64,000 nt of DNA, taken from NCBI GenBank assembly GCA_046290225.1, contig JBKAGE010000050.1, forward strand, positions 1 through 64,000, in the 5' to 3' direction. Below the pieces are notes generated by a model. It was not told where the DNA came from and searched no databases. It saw only the letters and a program-made list of their open reading frames with translations. How positions within the stretch are numbered: position 1 is the first letter of the stretch; the number at the start of each line of letters is the position of its first letter. Origin of the DNA: Bradymonadia bacterium. GTDB lineage: Bacteria > Myxococcota_A > Bradymonadia > UBA7976 > UBA1532. Of the stretch, positions 9,782-19,223 are shown piece after piece. Both the position numbers and the translations under genes were made by a program.

Positions 9782-11001
9782 GGCTCCTGGGGCTTGGGCG
9801 CGGCGCCCTTGCCGTCACGGGGCAGCTCGAGCTTCTTCACGGGCTGCCGCATGCGGGGATCGAGAGGTTGCGCACCTGGGACGGGGGCGAGGCCCGGCGC
9901 CTGAGGCGGATTGACGGCGTCGAACCCCGGAGGGGCCATCCCCGGAGGGGTGATGCCGGGCCCGCGGGGGGCGATGCGCTTCACCTTCACACTCTCCAGA
10001 ACGGCGTCGTTCACCTCGATCTTCGCTTCTTTTTTGAGCGAGGCCACGTAATCGTCCATGGCCTTGGTCTTGCGCACCCGAAAGAGCTTGTTCCGGATGC
10101 TGGTCTTCACGTCTTTGAGGGTGCGGGTGTAGGCCCGACGAAAGCCCGTCTTCTGCACAAGGTGCCACCCGGCACTCGACTTCACCGGCTCTGAGGCGAT
10201 GTCACCGACGGCGACGAGGCCATAGGCCGACAAGGCCACCGGCGGGGGCACCACCGGATCGGCGGGGCCGCGCTTCGCTTGAGACTCACCGGGTTTGCCG
10301 AAGAACTTCAGGTCGCCCCCAGAGGAGCGGGTGGCCTCGTCTTCGCTGTAGCGACGCGCGTAGCGGCTGAAGATGTCTCGAGCCTTGAACTTGTCCTGTT
10401 CGACCTCGGCGTTGATCTTCGCCAGCAGATCACGGGCCTTCGCCTCGGCGCCCTCGCCATTGGCGATGAGCAGATGCCCCGCCCGCACCTGGGGTGGGCG
10501 GTCGTACTCGTCCTTGTGCTCTTCGTAGTACTTCAGCACCTCTTCGTCGGTGATGTCGCCGATCTTCACCATGTCCCGCAGCTCTTCTGCCATGAAGGCG
10601 CGGACCATGGCCTGCTTGCGGGCGAGCACCACGTCAGGGTGGTCATCAAAGCCCTTCTTCGAGGCGTCGAGGGCGAGCAGCTCGAAGCGGATGAGGTTCT
10701 CGAGGAACTCCTGCTTGCGATCCGGGCTGTTCAAGCGGTTGCGGGCGAAAGGCGACTGCTGGTTGAGCCGACTCTCGAACTGCTTTCGCGTGATGATGTT
10801 GTCGCCGACTTTGGCGAGGATCTCGCCTTCTTCGCCGGCTTTCGCCCCCGTACCCTTGGGCCCGTTGCCCTTGGACTGAGCAGCGCCACCCTGAGCCTTG
10901 AGGCCCTTGGTGGTGGACTTCGGCGGTGGCCGATCGGGCTTGCCACAACCACTGAACGTGAAGAGCAGAGCAGAGGCGATGAGCGGCAGGTGCCGGTGCA
11001 T
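9778..11001 (-). CDS. Parvulin (PpiC-type) peptidyl-prolyl isomerase lipoprotein
   Basis: Lipobox FSGC, 'ILAKVGDNIIT', 'YSED..T...GGDL', 'GWHLV'; start moved to MHRHLPL (11001). Confidence 0.85.
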   Translation of the reverse strand: MHRHLPLIASALLFTFSGCGKPDRPPPKSTTKGLKAQGGAAQSKGNGPKGTGAKAGEEGEILAKVGDNIITRKQFESRLNQQSPFARNRLNSPDRKQEFLENLIRFELLALDASKKGFDDHPDVVLARKQAMVRAFMAEELRDMVKIGDITDEEVLKYYEEHKDEYDRPPQVRAGHLLIANGEGAEAKARDLLAKINAEVEQDKFKARDIFSRYARRYSEDEATRSSGGDLKFFGKPGESQAKRGPADPVVPPPVALSAYGLVAVGDIASEPVKSSAGWHLVQKTGFRRAYTRTLKDVKTSIRNKLFRVRKTKAMDDYVASLKKEAKIEVNDAVLESVKVKRIAPRGPGITPPGMAPPGFDAVNPPQAPGLAPVPGAQPLDPRMRQPVKKLELPRDGKGAAPKPQEP

Positions 11002-11124
11002 GTGGCGGACCTCCGGGGCGGTCGAAAAGCGAGAGACCCTACTACCAGAACTGACCGACATCCACCAGAGGGGGAGAAATGCAAAAGTTTTTAAGGTATA
11101 CGTTCCGAAGAGACACACAGAGAC

Positions 11125-11622
11125 ATGGCAGCGGATCGACCAGATATGGGTCCCAAATCGAGTCATGAAGACTGGGTCAAAGCGCGCCCGCGAGAGATGA
11201 AAGCCATGGCCCGCTGGTTGGGTCAGGGCTCAGGTCATCTGAGCAAGGGGGGCGTGCGCCCACCCAGCACCGCAGTGGTATATGCTCATCGGTGCTTGCT
11301 CCAGTTCGGCGGTGAGGGCCCCCAGGCCCACTGGCGCCGGATGGACGGCGGCAGCCCCGAGCGATACACCCCTGAGCAGGTGGCGTCGGGGTTCCAGCGG
11401 GTGCTCTCCTACACCGAAGCCACGGCCCTGCTCGCCGTGGTCGATCACAACGCCGACGCTGAAGGCAGCGAGCCTCAGCCCAGCTGGGACGCCTCGGCCC
11501 CGGAGCTGCTCGCCATCGCCGAAGAGCTCCTCGAGCTGGCCACTGAAGAGGGCGACCCGCTCTCTCATCGGGCCACTCGGCTGCACGTGCTCCGCGATCA
11601 GCTGCTCCGCCGGGGGCGCTGA
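11125..11622 (+). CDS. Hypothetical protein
   Basis: Fills the gap between the PPIase and MscS genes with host-like codon usage; no recognised motif. Confidence 0.55.
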   Translation: MAADRPDMGPKSSHEDWVKARPREMKAMARWLGQGSGHLSKGGVRPPSTAVVYAHRCLLQFGGEGPQAHWRRMDGGSPERYTPEQVASGFQRVLSYTEATALLAVVDHNADAEGSEPQPSWDASAPELLAIAEELLELATEEGDPLSHRATRLHVLRDQLLRRGR

Positions 11623-11631
11623 GGGCGCTGT

Positions 11632-12864
11632 TCAGCCCTTCACTCGATCAGCCAGCTCTCTGAAGTCTGAGCCCGTGGGCTGCTGGAACATGCGCAGCCC
11701 GAACTCCGGCAACACCGCCAGCACATGTTCGATGATCTCCGCCTGGAGCATCTCGTAGTTGGCCCACACCTGATCATTGCTGAAGACGTAGATCTCGAGG
11801 GGCAGACCTCGCTCTGTGGGGGCGAGGTGCCGCACGATGAAGGTCATCTCTTTGTGGATCTTGGGATTGGCGTGCAGGTAGCCCTCGAGGTAGGCCCGGA
11901 ACAACCCCAGGTTCGTGGGTCGGGTGGTGTCGAAGGCCCCGTCGGCGCCGTGCTGGGACTTGTGGGCCTCGATCTCGGTGCGGGCGCCCTGCACCTGCTC
12001 GGCGATGGAGGGGAAGTGGCTTAGCCGGTCGAGCAGGGCGTCGTCGCACAAGTGGATGCTGCCCATGTCGAGGTTGAATGAGCGCTTGATGCGGCGTCCG
12101 CCGGACTCGGTCATGCCCCGCCAGTTCCGGAACGAGTCGGAGATGAGCTTGTAGGTGGGGATGGTGGTGATGGTCTTGTCCCAGTTCTGGATCTTCACCG
12201 TGTTCAAGGTGACGTCGAGCACGTCGCCGTCGGCGCCGTAGTGGGCCATCTCGATCCAGTCCCCCTTGCGCAGCATGTCGTGGGCCACGAGCTGGATCGA
12301 GGCCACCAGGCCGAGGATCGAGTCTTTGAAGATGAGCATGATGACCGCGGTGAGGGCGCCGATGCCGCTCAAGATGCCCCAGGGGGACTGGCCCATGAGG
12401 CTCGACAGGATGAAGACCCCGGCGATCAGGTAGAGGAAGATCACCACCACCTGCACATAGCTCTTCATCGGCCGCTCTCGCGACATCTCCGTCTTCTCGT
12501 ACACCTCGAGGTAGCCGTTGATGATTGCGGAGACCACCATGACCCCCACGAGGATCATGTAGGCTTCGCTGATGCGGGCGAACCACGCCTCGGCCCCGTC
12601 GAAGACCGGGGCGAAGGTGAACATCACCATGGCGGGCACGATGAGGGCCAGCCGGTTGAACACCTTGTTGTCGATGAGGATGTCGTCCCAGCCCGTGGGG
12701 GTGAGGCGGATGAGGTAGTTCACCCCGGTGACCACGTAGCGCTTCGCCAGCCGATAGGCGAGCACGCTCACGATGACCGCCAGCACCAGTGCGCTGGCAT
12801 AGAAAATGAGCAGACCGAGCCCTTCACCGAGCTGGGTCACCAGCCACTGCTTCAACCACATCAT
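11632..12864 (-). CDS. Mechanosensitive channel, MscS family (YbdG/MscM-like)
   Basis: Multiple TMs, 'IFKDSILGLVASIQ', 'GDWIEM..YGADGDV', 'QNWDKTITTIPTY.L...SF.NWRGM.ESGGRRIKRS'. Confidence 0.93.
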   Translation of the reverse strand: MMWLKQWLVTQLGEGLGLLIFYASALVLAVIVSVLAYRLAKRYVVTGVNYLIRLTPTGWDDILIDNKVFNRLALIVPAMVMFTFAPVFDGAEAWFARISEAYMILVGVMVVSAIINGYLEVYEKTEMSRERPMKSYVQVVVIFLYLIAGVFILSSLMGQSPWGILSGIGALTAVIMLIFKDSILGLVASIQLVAHDMLRKGDWIEMAHYGADGDVLDVTLNTVKIQNWDKTITTIPTYKLISDSFRNWRGMTESGGRRIKRSFNLDMGSIHLCDDALLDRLSHFPSIAEQVQGARTEIEAHKSQHGADGAFDTTRPTNLGLFRAYLEGYLHANPKIHKEMTFIVRHLAPTERGLPLEIYVFSNDQVWANYEMLQAEIIEHVLAVLPEFGLRMFQQPTGSDFRELADRVKG

Positions 12865-12900
12865 CTCTGAAGCTCCTCAGCGGTTCGAGGGCTGCAGTGT

Positions 12901-13725
12901 CTATATGGCTTCGAGGATTTCAAGGGCCTTCCGGGCGGCCTCTCGTGTCTCCGGATCGGGGTGGGTGTCGGCGGCGCGGGTGAGGGCAGGGGTCGCCGCA
13001 GCCTCACCAAGCTCGGCGAGGGCCTCCGCTGCGGTGTAGGCGTGGGGCTCTCGAGGGTCGAGGAGCATCTGCTCCAAGGCGGCGCGGCCATCGAGGATCT
13101 TCAACTCGCCGAGCAGGGCCGCAGCCATGGGCCTCAACATGCGCTTGCGCCCTTGTACCGCCTTGATCAGCGCGGGGGCGTGGCTGTCGTCTCCCAGGCG
13201 GACGAGGCTCGCCGCTGCTTCGAGCTTCACGAAGGGATCGCCGAGCAGCTTCCTGGCGAGTCGGGTGAGGGGTGCCTTCGCTGCGGGGTGACCGCACAGC
13301 CCGAGGGCCCGGGTGGCGGCGTGGGCCAGCCCCGGATCTCGGAGCGCTTTGCCCGCGCCGTCGATGAGCCACGTGATGGGTGGGAGCCCATCATCAGAGG
13401 GCACAGCATCGGGCACTACAGGCGTCGTGGTGTCATGGCCTTCGGCGCCCTCGAAGATCTCGAGCATGCCGATGACCGCCAGCAGTCGAGCCTTCTTGTC
13501 GCCGTCTCGGGTGAGGCGGGCGAGGGCCTGTCGCGCTTGGGGCAGAGGTCGAGCGGCGGGCAGGCTCGCTGCGGCGAAGCGGCGCACCTCCTGGGCCGGA
13601 TCGAGGGCCGCCGCCAGCAACAAGGGCAAGCGGGCCTCGGGATCACGCTCGGGGCAGGTCTCCTCGAGCCAGGTCAGTCGCTCGAGGACGGTGCGCCCCG
13701 GCAGCTCGGGCAGGGGCGCGATCAG
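12901..13725 (-). CDS. HEAT/PBS-lyase repeat protein
   Basis: Repeated 'VRRFAAASL', 'AATRALG', 'AAEALAELG', 'TREAARKAL'. Start is uncertain; a CTG at 13725 overlaps the metG stop. Confidence 0.7.
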   Translation of the reverse strand: MIAPLPELPGRTVLERLTWLEETCPERDPEARLPLLLAAALDPAQEVRRFAAASLPAARPLPQARQALARLTRDGDKKARLLAVIGMLEIFEGAEGHDTTTPVVPDAVPSDDGLPPITWLIDGAGKALRDPGLAHAATRALGLCGHPAAKAPLTRLARKLLGDPFVKLEAAASLVRLGDDSHAPALIKAVQGRKRMLRPMAAALLGELKILDGRAALEQMLLDPREPHAYTAAEALAELGEAAATPALTRAADTHPDPETREAARKALEILEAI

Positions 13726-15704
13726 GACACCCGGGTGCCCGACGGGATGTCGCCGGGCACGGTCATGAGCTTCACGTTGGCGTCGTCGCCGGCGGCGAGG
13801 AGCATGCCCTGGCTCACCACGCCCCGGATCTTGCGGGGCTTGAGGTTGGCCAGCAGGGTCACCGTGGTCCCGACGAGGTCTTCTGGCGCGTATGCCCCAG
13901 CGATGCCGGCGCACACGGTGCGGTGCTCGGGCTCCCCGGCGTCGACGGTGAGCTTGAGCAGTCGATCGGCGTTGGGGTGCTTCTCGGCGGCGACGATGCG
14001 GGCCACCTTGATCTCGAGCCTGGCGAAGTCGTCGTACTCCACGAAGCCGCCCTCGGTGTCTTCGGCCTTCTTCTCCGCCTTTTGTTGAGCCTGCTGCTGG
14101 GCCTTCTTCTTGGCCTTGTCGGCCTTGGCCTTCGCCTTCGCCTCAGCTTTGGCCTTCGCTTTGGCCTCGGCGTCGGCCTTCTGCTCCGGGGACTCCACCT
14201 TGGGGAACAGCGGATCGCCGATCCGGGTCTCACCGCCAGAGGCCAGCCCACCCCAGGTCTCCGTGGAGGCCAGGGTGCGATCAGCCTCGGCAACGCCGAG
14301 CCGGTTGAGCATCTCGTCGGCCTTCTCGGGGATGAAGGCCAGGGTCCAGAGCCCCACCACGCGACACAGCTCGCAGACGTTGTACATCACCTCGTTGAGG
14401 CGCTCGGTGTTGCCTTCCCGGGCGAGGACCCAGGGGGCGCAGGCGTCGACGTACTTGTTCCCGTGGCGCACCAGGGTCCAGATGGCCTCGAGGGCCCGGT
14501 GGAACGCCAGATCGTCCACGGCCTTGAACAGATCGGCCCGGGCGGTGGACCACACCTCGAAGAGGGCGTCGTCCTCGGGACCCTTCTCGCCGCGAGGGGG
14601 CACGTTGCCGCCGTGGTAGCGCTTCACCATGGCGAGGTTGCGGTTGAGCAGGTTGCCCAGATCGTTGGCCAGATCACCGTTGATGCGGTTGCACAGGGCC
14701 CGCTCGGAGAAGTCGCCGTCCTGGCCGAAGGTCACCTCGCGCAGCAAGAAGAACCGGAACGCGTCGAGGCCATAGCGGGCCTTCATGTCGATGGGGTCGA
14801 CCACGTTGCCGAAGCTCTTGCTCATCTTCACGCCGTCGGCGGTCCACCAGCCGTGGGCGAAGACCTGCTTGGGCAACGGCAAGCCAGCGCTCATCAGGAA
14901 GCAGGGCCAGAACACGGTGTGGAACCGCAAGATGTCTTTGCCGATGACGTGCAGAGCTGAGGGCCAGAACTGCTCGAACTTCTCGGTGCCAGGGCCGCCA
15001 AGGGCGCTGATGTAGTTCGTCAGTGCGTCGATCCACACATACGCGACGTGCTCCGGATCGTCTGGCACAGGGACACCCCAGCTGAAGCTGGTGCGACTGA
15101 TCGACAGGTCGCGCAGCCCGCCCTCCACGAAACGCAGGATCTCGTTGTAGCGGCTCTTGGGTCGGATGAAGTTGGGGTTCTCTTTGAGGTACTCGAGGAG
15201 TTGCGGCCCATACTTGCTCAACTTGAAGAAGTAGCTGGGCTCTTTGACCCACTCCACGGTGTGACCGCTGGGCGCCTTGCCATCGACGAGCTCATCTTCG
15301 GTGAAGTAGGCCTCGTCGCCCACGCTGTACCAGCCCTCGTACCCACCAAGGTAGATGTCGCCCTTTGCCGCCATTCGGCGCCAAATCTCTTGCACGACGG
15401 TCTGATGGCGCGGCTCCGTGGTACGGATGAAGTCGTCATGACTGAGGCCAAAGTCCGCCCACATATCACGGAAGCGCTGAGAGAACTTGTCGGCATGCGC
15501 CTGAGGCGTAATGCCTGACTTCTCGGCAGCTCGCTCGATCTTCATGCCGTGCTCGTCGGTCCCGGTCAGGAAGTACACCGACTCACCCATGAGCCGGTGC
15601 CACCGGGCCAGAGTGTCACAGGCCAGCGTCGTGTAGGCGTGGCCGATGTGAGGCTTGTCGTTGACGTAGTAGATGGGGGTGGTGACGTAGAAGCTTGCAC
15701 CCAT
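13722..15704 (-). CDS. metG: Methionine--tRNA ligase with C-terminal tRNA-binding (Trbp111-like) domain
   Basis: 'FYVTTPIYYVN..PHIGH', 'GTDEHG', 'YVWIDAL.NY', KMSKS, C-terminal 'NLKPRKIRGVVSQGMLLAA'. Confidence 0.97.
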   Translation of the reverse strand: MGASFYVTTPIYYVNDKPHIGHAYTTLACDTLARWHRLMGESVYFLTGTDEHGMKIERAAEKSGITPQAHADKFSQRFRDMWADFGLSHDDFIRTTEPRHQTVVQEIWRRMAAKGDIYLGGYEGWYSVGDEAYFTEDELVDGKAPSGHTVEWVKEPSYFFKLSKYGPQLLEYLKENPNFIRPKSRYNEILRFVEGGLRDLSISRTSFSWGVPVPDDPEHVAYVWIDALTNYISALGGPGTEKFEQFWPSALHVIGKDILRFHTVFWPCFLMSAGLPLPKQVFAHGWWTADGVKMSKSFGNVVDPIDMKARYGLDAFRFFLLREVTFGQDGDFSERALCNRINGDLANDLGNLLNRNLAMVKRYHGGNVPPRGEKGPEDDALFEVWSTARADLFKAVDDLAFHRALEAIWTLVRHGNKYVDACAPWVLAREGNTERLNEVMYNVCELCRVVGLWTLAFIPEKADEMLNRLGVAEADRTLASTETWGGLASGGETRIGDPLFPKVESPEQKADAEAKAKAKAEAKAKAKADKAKKKAQQQAQQKAEKKAEDTEGGFVEYDDFARLEIKVARIVAAEKHPNADRLLKLTVDAGEPEHRTVCAGIAGAYAPEDLVGTTVTLLANLKPRKIRGVVSQGMLLAAGDDANVKLMTVPGDIPSGTRVS

Positions 15705-15734
15705 GAGCTGGCCTCCCGTGATGGATGGGCGCTC

Positions 15735-16454
15735 TTAGCACGGGTCCAGGCTGCTTGCCAGCACCCCATCACCAGAAGGGGGGGCATAGGCCAGCAGCAC
15801 GCCCTGATCGAGGATGGCGGAGCTGCCGGCGAAGTGGGTGGTGTGCTCGCGGCCGTAGGTGTTCGCCGCCACCAGGGCCGAGGGTACCCCGCCGAGACGC
15901 CACGCCCAGTAGGGCCACACCGGCACCCCCTGGTCGAGCCAGTTCGTGGGGAACGCGATGGCCCGAGGGGCGGCCTCGCGGCACCACTGCACGAAGGCGT
16001 CGTCGTTGAGATCCATGCAGATGCCCACGCCGAAGTCGCCGTTGTCGGTGTCGAAGGTACGGTAGCCCGAGTCACCGGGGGCAGCCCAGTGCTCGTCGGC
16101 CTCGAAGAGCAGGGTCTTGCGATAGGTGAAGGCGAGCTCGCCGGCGGGGTTGATGACGAGGGCGCTGTTGAACAGCTGATCATCCGCCGCCTCTGCGAAG
16201 CCCACCACCAGCCACGTGCGGAAGGACTGCGCCACGGGGGCTAGGGCTTGGAACGTCTCTCCAGTGGGGGACTCGGCCACCCGGCGCACCGCCTCCGCCG
16301 TGGGGAAGATGTAGCCCGTGGCGGCCATCTCCGGCAGCACGAGCAAATCGAGGGCCCGACCATGGGCCGCCCGCTCTGAGAGGTGCACGAGTCGATGGAG
16401 CGTCTCGGCCTTCTGGCCCTTGACGGCTTTCGACTGCACTGCGGCGACGTTCAT
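15735..16454 (-). CDS. Carbon-nitrogen hydrolase (nitrilase family)
   Basis: E-K-C triad contexts VLPEM / YRKTLL / GICMD. Confidence 0.88.
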   Translation of the reverse strand: MNVAAVQSKAVKGQKAETLHRLVHLSERAAHGRALDLLVLPEMAATGYIFPTAEAVRRVAESPTGETFQALAPVAQSFRTWLVVGFAEAADDQLFNSALVINPAGELAFTYRKTLLFEADEHWAAPGDSGYRTFDTDNGDFGVGICMDLNDDAFVQWCREAAPRAIAFPTNWLDQGVPVWPYWAWRLGGVPSALVAANTYGREHTTHFAGSSAILDQGVLLAYAPPSGDGVLASSLDPC

Positions 16455-16591
16455 GAGCGGTCTTTCACGAGGAGGAGGCTTGGGTGAGTATGCCAGCGGG
16501 CTGATGGGGTTGCCTACCCATAACGCGCCAGCGTCCCTCGCAAGCCGCGCTGACATGTACCTCTCCGTGGGAGTCGCGCTAGACTCCCGCC

Positions 16592-17674
16592 ATGCAGACT
16601 CGACTCCAGGCCCCTCAGACCAAAGGCCACACCTCCGTCGCCCGTGTCACCGACGCGTGGTACGTCATCGCCCCTTCGAAGGCCGTGGGCCGCAAGCCCA
16701 TCACCGCGCGGCTCATGGGCACCCCCCTCGTGGTGTTTCGCGACGGTGAAGGCACCCCTCGGGCGTTGCTCGATCGATGCCCGCACCGCAACGTGCCGCT
16801 CTCTCGAGGCAAGGTGTGCGAGGGCCAGCTTGAGTGCGCCTATCACGGCTGGCGGTTCGACGGCGGGGGCGAATGCCGCCGGGTGCCGGGTCTCAGTGGC
16901 CCGCCCGAGTCTCGAGGTCGTCGGGTGCCTGCGTGGCCCGTCATCGAGCAGCAGGGCTTCATCTGGGCGTATGGGCGCCCGCTTGAGCCCGAAGAGACTC
17001 CAAAGGGAGAGCCCTATCGGTTCCCTCACGCCGACGATGACGGGTACACCACCGTCAGGCACACCATCGACGCCGAAGGATCAGTGCACGCGGTCATCGA
17101 GAACGCCCTCGACGTGCCCCACACCGCCTTCTTGCACCGTGGTTTGTTCAGAGGCGCTGGCGAGCCAAATACCCTTGAGGTGGAGGTGCGCCGCTGGCAC
17201 GACCGGGTCGAGGCCGAGTACTTCGGTGAGCCGGCGCCAAAGGGCCTCGTGGGGCGGCTGGTGGCTCCGGGATCCAACGGCACCGTGAAGCACGTCGATC
17301 GGTTCCTCATGCCTTCGATCTCAGAGGTGGAGTATCAACTCGGCGAGAAGAGCCACATGGTGGTGTCGTCGGCGTGCACCCCCATCGACGACTTCTACAC
17401 CCGGTTGTACGCCGTGGTCAGCTTCAAGCTGCCGTTGCCGGGCTGGCTCGTGGGGGCGCTCATCAAGCCCGTGGCCCTGCGCATCTTCAACCAGGACGCC
17501 GTGATGCTGAAGGCCCAGACCAAGCACATCCAGACCTTCGGTGGGGAGCAGTTCGTCTCCACGGAGATCGACGCCCTGGGGCAGAGCATCCTGAAGCTGC
17601 TTCGGCAGGCAGAGCGTGGGGTCGTGGAGAAGATGGAGACGCCCGAGACGCGTCGGTTCAACCTGACAATTTAG
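16592..17674 (+). CDS. Rieske non-heme iron oxygenase alpha subunit (VanA-like)
   Basis: CPH...CAYHGW Rieske motif; 'ENALDVPHTAFLH' mononuclear iron motif. Confidence 0.92.
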   Translation: MQTRLQAPQTKGHTSVARVTDAWYVIAPSKAVGRKPITARLMGTPLVVFRDGEGTPRALLDRCPHRNVPLSRGKVCEGQLECAYHGWRFDGGGECRRVPGLSGPPESRGRRVPAWPVIEQQGFIWAYGRPLEPEETPKGEPYRFPHADDDGYTTVRHTIDAEGSVHAVIENALDVPHTAFLHRGLFRGAGEPNTLEVEVRRWHDRVEAEYFGEPAPKGLVGRLVAPGSNGTVKHVDRFLMPSISEVEYQLGEKSHMVVSSACTPIDDFYTRLYAVVSFKLPLPGWLVGALIKPVALRIFNQDAVMLKAQTKHIQTFGGEQFVSTEIDALGQSILKLLRQAERGVVEKMETPETRRFNLTI

Positions 17675-17707
17675 TCGTTTGGGGTTGCTTCAGAGAGCTG
17701 GGGATGT

Positions 17708-18255
17708 GTCGGATTGTGCAGTTATGGAGGCAGTGGCTGGGGATTTGTAGGCAGTCATCGCTGCGCTCTGCCTGCGTAGGCGCCGGGCCTTCGGCACATC
17801 TTCGATGCGCCTCGTCTGGCGCGTACACGTTCAGGCACCTGCTGACGCAGGCACCTTCCCGGGTAGGCAGGGTCGCTCAAGGCTTCGCCTTATTCGCTCG
17901 CTCCCCTGCGTAAAGAGCTTCTTCTGTATCTCGTTGCTGAACCCGACGGGATTCGACCTGCCGCGAACCTGCAAGCCTCTGAGTCTCAACGCTTGGCGTA
18001 AGCCCCAATAGCGTCGGAAGTAGCACAAAGTCACACCAGAACTGACTTTTTACGCAGGGGAGCGAGCGAGAAGGGCGAAGCCCTGAGCGACCCTGCCTAC
18101 CCGGAGGCCTGCTCGCCTCAGCGAGCGTGCCGACGTGTACGCGGCCGACGAGGCGCATCGAAGATGTGCCGAAGGCCGGCCGCATACGCAGGCAGAGCGC
18201 AGCGATGACTGCCTACAAATCCCCAGCCACTGCCTCCATAACTGCACAATCCGAC
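17708..18255. repeat. Giant inverted-repeat (hairpin) element, family A copy 1; REPIN/MITE-like
   Basis: 71-bp perfect inverted repeat (17708-17778 / 18185-18255) extending imperfectly to about 207-bp arms around a loop of about 134 bp; core shared with 24684-25158. Confidence 0.9.
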
Positions 18256-18269
18256 TTTGAGTGAGAGCT

Positions 18270-19121
18270 TTAAATACCTTCGAGCAACATCTCCCGCAGG
18301 CTCGACGCCGCTGGGGGCAGGTGCTCCACGCCGCGGTGCACCAGCGACAGTAACCTCGGGATCGGCGTCGCCGGGTGCGCCAGACGCACTAGGCGCCTCG
18401 CGGCCAGATCGTGAGCCACCGCCGCTTCGCTCACCAGCGCCACGCCAATGCCTGCTCTGACGTTGCCCTTCACCGCGGCGATGTTGCTCAGCGACATCAC
18501 CACCTGGGCCTCGGGGAACGTGCTCAGGGCCATCTCTCGGAGCGGTGAGCCTTCGGCGAAAGTCACCATGGGGGCCTGGGCCATGGCCTCGGGATCAGTC
18601 AACGCCACATAAGGTGAGCCAGGCCCCGCCACCAGGACGAGATCATCCGAACGCCAGCGCTCTACGCCTGGGCCTGTGACCACCCCCAGATCGATCTCGC
18701 CGGCCTCGAGCAGCTTGAGGATCGTGCCTGTGCTGCACTCCTGAACTTGCAGCGTGATGCCCGGGTGGGCGTTGCGGAACCGAGCGAGGATCTCCGGCAA
18801 CAAGTACGTGCAGGCCGTGGCACCCGCCGCGAGGCGCACTGTGCCTGCCACCTGACCGAGCAGCTCCGCCACCGCGCGCTCTCCATCGGCGAGGGTGGCG
18901 TGGATACGCCGTGCATAGGGCAGCAAGGCCTTGCCCGCAGGGGTGAGTCGGGCGCCGCCGCGCAGGCCTCGGCCGCGATGGAAGAGCCGGGCGCCGAAGT
19001 GGCTCTCCAGACGTTGGATCGAGGCCGTGAGGGCTGGCTGGGACAAATGCGCAGCCTCCGCCGCGGCAGTGAAGGTGCCCAGCGTCTCCACGAGGATCAT
19101 GTGATAGAGCCCGTCGAGCAT
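18270..19121 (-). CDS. LysR-family transcriptional regulator
   Basis: 'GTFTAAAEAAHLSQPALTASIQRLE' HTH and substrate-binding domain; start MLDGLYH; divergent from the TSUP gene. Confidence 0.92.
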   Translation of the reverse strand: MLDGLYHMILVETLGTFTAAAEAAHLSQPALTASIQRLESHFGARLFHRGRGLRGGARLTPAGKALLPYARRIHATLADGERAVAELLGQVAGTVRLAAGATACTYLLPEILARFRNAHPGITLQVQECSTGTILKLLEAGEIDLGVVTGPGVERWRSDDLVLVAGPGSPYVALTDPEAMAQAPMVTFAEGSPLREMALSTFPEAQVVMSLSNIAAVKGNVRAGIGVALVSEAAVAHDLAARRLVRLAHPATPIPRLLSLVHRGVEHLPPAASSLREMLLEGI

Positions 19122-19223
19122 CTCAAATATCCGTTGTCGTGATTTTTTAGAGCTAAAAGATTCATTATATGAAATCAATGCTGATCGGTACCTCTGAGCC
19201 ACGCATTGCCCAGGAGGACCGCC

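Noticed and set aside
17374..18247. ORFs sharing the peptide QLWRQWLGICRQSSLRSACV on opposite strands (similar ones at 24301-25292)
   Set aside because: Artefacts of the inverted-repeat element; no independent evidence of coding.
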